Virus record (IMG/VR): IMGVR_UViG_3300037827_000415
Location: 1-64,000 of that record
From: a virus
Length of the DNA stretch: 64,000 nucleotides
Reading direction: 5' to 3' (one strand)
Shown here: positions 56,814 to 64,000 of the stretch, one piece after another
How positions within the stretch are numbered: the stretch's first letter is position 1
Layout: each line of letters begins with the position of its first letter
The notes under the pieces: generated by a model
What the model was told of the DNA's origin: nothing
The model's input: only the letters and a program-made list of their open reading frames with translations
Databases searched by the model: none
Translations under genes and position numbers: made by a program

Positions 56814-57221
56814 TTAAGGCGTGGTCGGGAGCGGCGATGTCCCAGCGATTGGGCCGCCGGACGAAACCGCCGACACGGGAGGCGTCGAAGCCGTGACCTG
56901 CGGCGGCATGATCGGCGTGGCTGGCGGCACCACAACCGGAGGAGTCACGATTGGCGATGTCACGACGACAGGCGTAGGAGCGACAACAGGGGCGGAGCCC
57001 GCCGAGGCGTCCTGCCCGCCCTTTTTCACATCCGATGCAATGGGCTTTGACGTTTCCGCCCCTGCCGTCGTTTTCGGTTCGAGGTCGAGCGGATCCTTGA
57101 TCTTCATTTCGGCCAAGATCAGGTCAAGCTTCCGCTCGATGGTGCTCAGGTTTGAAGCCGGCATTTTTCGCTCCACGGGGCTCGACAGTGAATCCAGAAT
57201 CTGAGTGAGAAGCGACGGCAT
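56814..57221 (-). CDS. Hypothetical protein with P/V/T/A tail
   Basis: 135-aa ORF. Confidence 0.6.
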   Translation of the reverse strand: MPSLLTQILDSLSSPVERKMPASNLSTIERKLDLILAEMKIKDPLDLEPKTTAGAETSKPIASDVKKGGQDASAGSAPVVAPTPVVVTSPIVTPPVVVPPATPIMPPQVTASTPPVSAVSSGGPIAGTSPLPTTP

Positions 57222-57236
57222 TTGTCAGCCTTCGCG

Positions 57237-57656
57237 TTAGCCGATGTTCGCTCCGGCGGAGCAAGGATACCAGAGTGCATAGAAGTCCATTTGCCCCGCC
57301 GTGATGTTCGCCGTGGCAATCGTCAGGGCGATCGGGCCGTTGGCGATGAACCCCTCGATCTCGTTCGCGTAGTCGGTTCCCGGCGACGTGCTGGTCCACC
57401 ATTTATTCGCCGTGATGTTCGTGGCGGTCGTGGCCGCGATCAGGCTGCCCGTGCTGTTTGCCGTTCCGATCGCCAGCGTGGCGCTCGTGCCCACCAGCGA
57501 CGTCATGCAAAAACCGCCGAGCGCGAACAGCCAGCAGCGGCCGGTCAGGTTGAAGACGGTCACAGGCGTTCCCGCGACGCCGTAGGTCACGCCGTCAAAC
57601 GTGACAGTCTGGCGAGTGAACTTGACCTCGCGTGAGACGATTCCGAAACCGGGCAT
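57237..57656 (-). CDS. Putative capsid-associated protein
   Basis: 139 aa, beta-rich, immediately after the capsid gene. Confidence 0.55.
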   Translation of the reverse strand: MPGFGIVSREVKFTRQTVTFDGVTYGVAGTPVTVFNLTGRCWLFALGGFCMTSLVGTSATLAIGTANSTGSLIAATTATNITANKWWTSTSPGTDYANEIEGFIANGPIALTIATANITAGQMDFYALWYPCSAGANIG

Positions 57657-57689
57657 TGTGCCGACTCCAAAACTCTGCCGTCGAACTGA

Positions 57690-58895
57690 TTAGGCAGCCG
57701 TGCCGGTGAAGAACGCGGTGGCCAAGCCGGAAGCGGCCGGGATGTATTCGCAGGGAATCGCGTTGTCGAGCGTGTAGAGATAGACGCCCGTCGGATCGTA
57801 CGTGTACGTGGTCCAACTGGTCATGCCCATCTTGTCGACCCACGGCATGTTCGGGCCTTCGCTCACGGGCTCGCTGCCCAGTGCGATTTCCCAGAACAGC
57901 GGATTCGGGGCCTTGGGGCCGAACCAGAAGCAACCGGCGGGCACGAACTTCGTGTAGGTCTCGGAGCCGAGAGCCCCCAACTGGAGCACGCTGTCGACGA
58001 TGATCCACTCCAGCCACGGGAAGGCCCGCAGCCGGCACTTTTTGACGTTCTTCGGGTTGTCGAGTTCGTTGCTCTCGTCGCGGATGTATTCCGAGAACGG
58101 CGACTGGGCGATGCCGGCCTTCGCGATCACGTAGTCGTTTTCCGTGACGGCCTGCCAGATGTCTTCGCCGCAGATGATCCGGCCCAAGTTGGTGCCGACC
58201 GTCGTTTGCAGCGTGACGTCGAGCGACGCGATGTGCTTCGTGATGTCCGTGGACGGATTGGCCCAACTCGATTGGATGATCGGAGCCCCGGCAAGTCCCG
58301 TGGACGGGTCGGTATTCGCCGTGCCGATCATGTTGAGCTGGTTGTAATTCTCGCCCGTCGACGTCGAGTTCGGCCGCTGGAAGTCGATCGTGAGCAACGC
58401 CCCGGCCGACGTAAAATTGTAATACATATTGTCGCCGGACTTGTGCAGGTACATCTTGCCCTGAATCATGCCGGCGAGCATGGCGGCTCGGAAGTTCCCA
58501 ATCCGCTGGCCCATGAAACGTTGCTGGCGGCGAATGAAACTCGCCCCCATGTTGTCGAATACGGCGGAACTGCCGCCGATCGGCCGGTAGTTATGCAACT
58601 CTTCGGCCAAGAGCGGCAATTTTTCGTGAGCACGGGCGATCGTCACATTGACGCGGCCCACCGGGTTGCGAGTGACGGTCGCGGCCGGACGCCCCGGTGC
58701 CGCGGCCTGAGCCGCCGTACGCACGTTGTTGAACGTGTCATAACCGTGCTGCCGGTGGCCGATCTTCATTTCGCACGGACCGCCCGGCTCCATGCCGAAC
58801 AAGCGGAGCAAGGGATTCTCGGCGACGGCGATTCGAGAAATCACCTTCGTCGTGATAATCGGATGCAGGATTTGCTGGATACTTCCGGTCGTCAT
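57690..58895 (-). CDS. Major capsid protein
   Basis: 401 aa, follows protease and decoration genes; capsid E-like size and pattern. Confidence 0.75.
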   Translation of the reverse strand: MTTGSIQQILHPIITTKVISRIAVAENPLLRLFGMEPGGPCEMKIGHRQHGYDTFNNVRTAAQAAAPGRPAATVTRNPVGRVNVTIARAHEKLPLLAEELHNYRPIGGSSAVFDNMGASFIRRQQRFMGQRIGNFRAAMLAGMIQGKMYLHKSGDNMYYNFTSAGALLTIDFQRPNSTSTGENYNQLNMIGTANTDPSTGLAGAPIIQSSWANPSTDITKHIASLDVTLQTTVGTNLGRIICGEDIWQAVTENDYVIAKAGIAQSPFSEYIRDESNELDNPKNVKKCRLRAFPWLEWIIVDSVLQLGALGSETYTKFVPAGCFWFGPKAPNPLFWEIALGSEPVSEGPNMPWVDKMGMTSWTTYTYDPTGVYLYTLDNAIPCEYIPAASGLATAFFTGTAA

Positions 58896-58949
58896 TTCCC
58901 GAGATCCTTACTTGACCATGTTCGGTCAGTGAGCCGCTGACAGCGTGGC

Positions 58950-59762
58950 TTAGCTGAAGGTGACGGTATTGGTCGGGGCCGAGAGCACTTGGGGGACCCA
59001 CTTGAGGTTCGTGCCGTCGTAGAACGAGCTGACCTGGACGAAACCGCCGATCTTGTGGGACGCCGTGACGAACGTGATGTCGTTGTACGTGGCCGAGTTG
59101 TCGCCGACGATATTCGCCCCCTCGTTGGAGGCGATGACCATGTTCTGGTTTGCTTCGTTCAGGAACCAGATGCTGATGCCGTTGGCGATCGGCGGCAACG
59201 TGAACGTGAACTGCCCCGTGCTGTTCGCGATGAACAACTTGCCAGAGTCGGCCGCCACGCAGGCGTATGACGCTCCCGTGGTCTGCGGGATAACCTGGAG
59301 CCAAGGAAATTGGCGGCCGGGGAAATCGTCATCGAACATGAATCGGGCACGCATCTGGGCACGTGCCTGACCGTCCAGTCCGATCAACTGGCTCGCCTTC
59401 ACGGGGCCGCCGCACATGAACATACCGGCGTAACGGCCGGCGACGGCGTTCGTGAACGGGTCGAGCATGTTCACTTCGCACGTCAGGATCGCGACGGCGA
59501 CGTTCGATCCGTCCGTGGCGTTCGCGGAGTACGCCGTATACTGCCCCGGCGTGGCCGCGAGCTGACCAAGCAAGAGGCCCGGCCGCAGCACCGTGTTCGG
59601 CGTATTGCCGACGTCCGTCGTGGTCGACGACAGCGTGCCATCGGTCCACTGATAGCCACCCCAGAACGATCCGCCCCAGCCGATCGTCGCTTCTTGGGAC
59701 TGAACGAGCCCGGTCGGGCCGGGAGCACCCCAACCGTATCCACCGCTGGCAACGATCCCCAT
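58950..59762 (-). CDS. Head decoration protein
   Basis: LRPGLLLG....G.Y.AY...ATDGS.VAVAIL decoration-type motif. Confidence 0.7.
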   Translation of the reverse strand: MGIVASGGYGWGAPGPTGLVQSQEATIGWGGSFWGGYQWTDGTLSSTTTDVGNTPNTVLRPGLLLGQLAATPGQYTAYSANATDGSNVAVAILTCEVNMLDPFTNAVAGRYAGMFMCGGPVKASQLIGLDGQARAQMRARFMFDDDFPGRQFPWLQVIPQTTGASYACVAADSGKLFIANSTGQFTFTLPPIANGISIWFLNEANQNMVIASNEGANIVGDNSATYNDITFVTASHKIGGFVQVSSFYDGTNLKWVPQVLSAPTNTVTFS

Positions 59763-59824
59763 TTCTCAGTTCCCCAAAAAGACTTGTGCGGCAATCCCAA
59801 TCAAGGTCATGACGGCGTTTGGAG

Positions 59825-61237
59825 TTAGGCGAGGCCCATCGCTTTGAGTTCGGCGTCCACGATCGAATTCTGCTCTTCTTCCGACTCGGGCACGACGCCC
59901 CCGCCGGTGAAGAATCCGGGCTGCGGCTCGACTTCGAGCTTGCCGCGATCGCTGGCCATTTGCGTGATCTTTTGCTTGTCGTCCCAGACGGCACCGGCCG
60001 GCATCGACTCGATGATTTCAAGCTTGGCATCGAGCAAGGCGTTCGACTTCGACTCGGCGGAGAACTGGAACGTCTTCGCCAAGTCGCGAAGCTTGGCCGA
60101 GTTGGCGGGGCTCACGCGGCCGGAGCGTTCGGCGTTGCCGATGCGGGCCAGATACTTCTCCTGACACATCTCGGTCAACTGCTCACGCATGGCGATTTCC
60201 ATCGCCGTGGGCTGCGACATTTGCACGGGCTCGACCGGCTTCACTTCGGGCTCATTGCCGTCCAAGGAAAGCTGAAACGCTTCGATCAGTTCCGGCGTTT
60301 CCTTGATCTTTTTGGCCTTGTCGGCGGCCATCTTGCCGGAAGCAACCATCGCGTCTAGTTTGGCGGCAGCATCTTGGCTCATAACAAGCACCGTTGGTTC
60401 GGTTCTGAGGGATCGATCGGAATTCTGGTCGCGGTTCTCAGGCTGATCCTGACGTTGACCGCCGGTATTCTGTTCGGCCGCTGCGGATGACTCGGTCGCC
60501 GCGAGCAGGATTTTCGGAGCGTTCTTCGCGGCCCACGACCAGCCGTCCGGGAGTACGATGTTGTGCCCCTTGGCCAAGCATTCGATCAGCCGCTGGAGCG
60601 TGGTCGGCTTTTTCTCGCCCGGCTTCTTCTCGTCGTCCGCTTCGGGCTTGTTGTAGTCGTCCGAATACGGGTCGTCCGTCTGGACTTCTTCGTAGGGCGA
60701 GTCGCCCAATTGAACTGTCTGGATCGCACCTTTGGCCAAGGCTGCGTCGAGACTCATGGCCGTCGCCGCGAGGAATTCCTTCGACTGATTCGGGTTGACC
60801 GGACGCGGCGTCACGGCAATGTGCGTGATCGCCTTTTCGTATTTCTTGCCGCTGATCGGGTTCGTGTACGGGCCAAACTGTGGGCTGAGTTTGCGGCCGA
60901 TCTTTTCGAGCTTGTCGGCGTCGTCGTCGCGAGGGGCATCGAACCGAACAGACAGGTTTCCTTTGTCGTCCTTGAAAAACTCTTTCACCTCACCGATTTG
61001 AAGGCGGTCCCGATCGCGTCGCTCGCGTTCGGCGGTGTCCTCTCGCTTGTAGGGCCAGCCTGTTGGATCATCGACGGCCGGATGTCCCCAGTGAACCGGC
61101 ACGTCCAGGCCGGTTTCGTTCATGTCGGTCCACGCGGACAGGAATTCGTCGTAATCGGACGTCGAAACGTCGATGACGGCGGTTTCCGTGAAGAACCGTC
61201 CCGGCTCTCCGATATCCTTGGTGAACTGCTTGCCCAT
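59825..61237 (-). CDS. Prohead protease/scaffold (Mu I/Z-like)
   Basis: VPVHWGH, LSPQF, THIAVTPRPV; helical C-terminal scaffold. Confidence 0.75.
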   Translation of the reverse strand: MGKQFTKDIGEPGRFFTETAVIDVSTSDYDEFLSAWTDMNETGLDVPVHWGHPAVDDPTGWPYKREDTAERERRDRDRLQIGEVKEFFKDDKGNLSVRFDAPRDDDADKLEKIGRKLSPQFGPYTNPISGKKYEKAITHIAVTPRPVNPNQSKEFLAATAMSLDAALAKGAIQTVQLGDSPYEEVQTDDPYSDDYNKPEADDEKKPGEKKPTTLQRLIECLAKGHNIVLPDGWSWAAKNAPKILLAATESSAAAEQNTGGQRQDQPENRDQNSDRSLRTEPTVLVMSQDAAAKLDAMVASGKMAADKAKKIKETPELIEAFQLSLDGNEPEVKPVEPVQMSQPTAMEIAMREQLTEMCQEKYLARIGNAERSGRVSPANSAKLRDLAKTFQFSAESKSNALLDAKLEIIESMPAGAVWDDKQKITQMASDRGKLEVEPQPGFFTGGGVVPESEEEQNSIVDAELKAMGLA

Positions 61238-61339
61238 TCGCTCTAATCTGGCCCCAAACAGGATCTTGTCAACGTTGTTTTCCGTGGAGGCCGGACTTTT
61301 TTTGACTCGCCTATGCGGTTTTTGAGATGATCGCCATCC

Positions 61340-62293
61340 ATGGGATGCAAGAAAAAACGCCGAAAACATCGCAGCAAGGGCAAGCCGCTCGCGTTGCCGA
61401 CAGTCGTCTTTGACAACTGGAAAGCCTTAACTGTCGGACTTGGCCCGAGGCGGCTCGGCTATCTCGCGAGGCGGATCTCAGGCGAATCGTTTTCTCAAAT
61501 TGCGGTGACGGAAGGGATGACCCGACAGGCAATTAGCAATGTCGTGCGGACAGCGTTGAGAAGAATGTCACGCAACGCCCGCAAACTGAACATCGATCTC
61601 GGGTGCGACATCCTTGCGATCTCAAAAGCACGGTCCACCGCGATTGCCACGCGGGACGGAAAGTTCTCTTGGCGGCACACACGAAAGCGGGCGATCGCAT
61701 GCCGACTGAACACTTTGAAAAAAGCATTGAAGGCCGGACCTAACGCTCAGGCATTCTGCTGGAAGACGAATTTCCCCAAAGCGGGATGTGATTTTTGCGG
61801 TGCAATTTATCGTCGCTGGGCAGGGATCGTGAGCAGATGCACTGATACAACCACTCCGGCATATCGATGGTATGGAGCACGCGGAATAACCGTGTGCGAA
61901 GAATGGCTGAACAGTTTCAACGCATTTCGTCTCTGGTGCCTTTCAAACGGCTTTGCCTGCAATCTTCAAATTGATCGCCGCGACGGCAATCTTGGCTATT
62001 CTCCGGACAATTGCCGTTTCGTCACTTCACAACAAAATTGCTGGAATTGTGGCAAGACACGCAAAGTTGGCAGTGGCCTCAAGCAGTCGAAATACAAGGG
62101 CGTCTCGTGGTGGGCGGCGGTCGGGTGCCGGGCACGCTGGAAAGCTGCCATTCGCGTAAATCGCAAGAGTATTCATCTCGGATTGTTTGATAACGAGGAA
62201 GATGCCGCCCGAGCCTATGATGCGGCCGTTCTCCGTCATCGCGATCCGCAGTACGCCTACCTCAACTTTCCAGATGTGAACGCGGCTAAGTGA
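61340..62293 (+). CDS. HTH-HNH-AP2 protein
   Basis: SFSQIAVTEGMTRQAISN HTH; YGARGI.VC, IDRRDGNLGYSPDNC; SKYKGV...EEDAARAYD. Confidence 0.8.
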   Translation: MGCKKKRRKHRSKGKPLALPTVVFDNWKALTVGLGPRRLGYLARRISGESFSQIAVTEGMTRQAISNVVRTALRRMSRNARKLNIDLGCDILAISKARSTAIATRDGKFSWRHTRKRAIACRLNTLKKALKAGPNAQAFCWKTNFPKAGCDFCGAIYRRWAGIVSRCTDTTTPAYRWYGARGITVCEEWLNSFNAFRLWCLSNGFACNLQIDRRDGNLGYSPDNCRFVTSQQNCWNCGKTRKVGSGLKQSKYKGVSWWAAVGCRARWKAAIRVNRKSIHLGLFDNEEDAARAYDAAVLRHRDPQYAYLNFPDVNAAK

Positions 62294-62369
62294 TTCGCCG
62301 CCGGCCAAACTTTTTTTGACCGCATGGGGGCTGTTTTGGGATGATGCGTGGCGAAAGGAGCGAGAGAAA

Positions 62370-62579
62370 ATGCCGAACAAATCTGTCCCTTTGTCAGAAT
62401 GCATGGACTATCAGCAGGAGCATCGGGCACGCTCTTATTCGTCCGGGCTCTGCCCCGACTGCAAGTCCCCTTTGGCTTCCGGCAAGAAACGGTGCAAGGC
62501 GTGCCTTGCAAAGGGCCGTGAGCGAGCACGCAAATATCATGAGCGACGACGTGCGGCGAATCGGAAGGAGGGGCGATGA
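62370..62579 (+). CDS. Small zinc-finger protein
   Basis: CPDC...CKAC; AAGGAG RBS. Confidence 0.6.
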   Translation: MPNKSVPLSECMDYQQEHRARSYSSGLCPDCKSPLASGKKRCKACLAKGRERARKYHERRRAANRKEGR

Positions 62580-63181
62580 CCCAACTGGAACAACTCGCCG
62601 CCGACATGCTCGCCCAAATCGACCGCGACGAAATGCGTCGGCTGGAGCAACTTTACCCCGACTGCACTTGGGCCAAGTTCTTCGACGTCGAGCGGTTCGT
62701 GATGTGTGCGGCGGATAAGGCGATCGGTGAACTGAGGCTTGACCAGTGGGATTTCCCGCTTCGCATTCTCGACTTGGGCAGCGGTTTCGGCTATCTGCCG
62801 CTCGCCGCGAAGGTGCTCGGCCACGAAGCGATCGCCCTGGAGTGGCCCAATGAAATCACGCAAGCAGCATCGCGGTGCGTGCCTGTTCGCTGGGTGTTCC
62901 AGCGGATTGAACGTCTCGTTTCGCTGTTCACGATTGGCACATTCGATCTTGTGAACATGACGGGCGTGAATCTCGTCCATGCTGGCGATTCGCCGCGGCA
63001 ATTCTGGTCTCAATCCGACTACGAGTTCCTAATCGACGACGTGCTGACCATGCTTCGGCCCGACGGCCGGTTCATCATCGAATACAACCGCGGGCCGGAG
63101 CATAACTGGCTGGCCGGCTGCAATTGGAACGGGCGGCGGCATACCAGTGTTGGGAATCGGATCGTTTTTACGAAGGAGTGA
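62576..63181 (+). CDS. Class I SAM-dependent methyltransferase
   Basis: ILDLGSGFG, FDLV, LRPDGRFI. Confidence 0.8.
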   Translation: MTQLEQLAADMLAQIDRDEMRRLEQLYPDCTWAKFFDVERFVMCAADKAIGELRLDQWDFPLRILDLGSGFGYLPLAAKVLGHEAIALEWPNEITQAASRCVPVRWVFQRIERLVSLFTIGTFDLVNMTGVNLVHAGDSPRQFWSQSDYEFLIDDVLTMLRPDGRFIIEYNRGPEHNWLAGCNWNGRRHTSVGNRIVFTKE

Positions 63182-64000
63182 TGATGTTCGACCCGAGCGA
63201 CCCGGCCATTTCTTCGGCGTACGATGAATGGCTCAAAACGCGCCCGGCTTCCGTGCAAAAACTCGCGGCCGAATTTCCGCCGGGGACTGCGGTTAATCTC
63301 GACGGTGAACAGTGGTTTGTTTTCAGTTACACCGAAGGCGATGAGGTTTCGCTGACTCCGGTTCACCCGGCCGACGATTACACGGCGGCATTTAAAGAGC
63401 GGCGGCTTGTCCATGCCGAATGCTTGCGAAAGGCGATGGCTACAGATGAATCCACGTGACGAACTGCGGATGCTCGTGCTGTTTTATGTGGGTGGCGTGA
63501 TTGGGATCGCCGCGCTGAAAGAGCGACTCACTGAAATCGTTAAACGCGAACCGGACAAACGGCGTGAGCAGTTGATGCTGTCGGCTTCGATGGTCTTGGG
63601 TGTCAAAGGCCAGGAGATGCAGAGAGCAATCGAGATGGAAACGGCCGCGATCAGTCTAGCCAACAACAGGGCGGAATTGATGCTTGCCGCGTGCAAAGAC
63701 TACACCGCACCGATCCGTGGCTGGAACGTCGGCGAATTGGCGGATCGCGATCAGATTCTGGTCAACAAGTTGAAGGCGGCTGTGCAGTGATGTTTAAACT
63801 GAGGATTTCAGAGCGATTCATTGAACGTCGCGGAAATTTTACGTTCACGTTCAACAAATTAGTCGAGTTGCCTTTTGCTCCGCAAAACGGGCTCGTAATC
63901 TTTATTGCCGGCCAGTTTGAGATTCCGGTCAACCATCTGCTGTGGGACGACAACGAGCAACGGTTCGACTGTTATGTTGAGCACCGGATGGAAGTCGACG
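63181..64000 (+). other. Hypothetical CDSs 63181-63459, 63446-63790 and 63790 to window end (partial)
   Basis: Overlapping start/stop codons. Confidence 0.6.

Noticed and set aside
1-64000. Integrase, att sites, large terminase, or stop-codon reassignment
   Set aside because: No such motifs were recognised, and genes are intact and tightly packed under the standard bacterial code; the missing genes may lie outside the window

Overview
This window looks like part of a GC-rich tailed phage or prophage genome. A Planctomycetota-like host is inferred, not shown. No large terminase, integrase, CRISPR array or host housekeeping genes were recognised. It contains a Mu-like head and non-contractile tail module (47-61 kb) with a -1 frameshifted tail chaperone, three tandem beta-propeller tail proteins, and replication/recombination genes (primase-helicase fusion, RecT, YqaJ exonuclease, SMC-like ATPase, SF2 helicase, RNase HI). 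It also has a DNA methyltransferase with an Ala-starting class 3-type intein, a putative lysis cassette built around a papain-like protease, CsrA, HNH/AP2 nucleases, and clusters of small early-type genes sharing a start-associated motif. The most unusual signals are at RNA level. (1) A complete IS1595-family element (26-bp TIRs, 8-bp TSD) carries a 100-nt tRNA with a tRNA-Leu body but a Pro (UGG) anticodon, behind a long hairpin containing the same 17-mer found before phage genes. (2) Two tandem tRNA-like genes have anticodon loops replaced by inserts carrying GNRA-capped hairpins. (3) A ~500-nt hairpin-rich non-coding region lies directly downstream of the RNase H gene and ends in a ColE1 pas-like motif. 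All functional calls come from motif reading by eye; no database searches were run.
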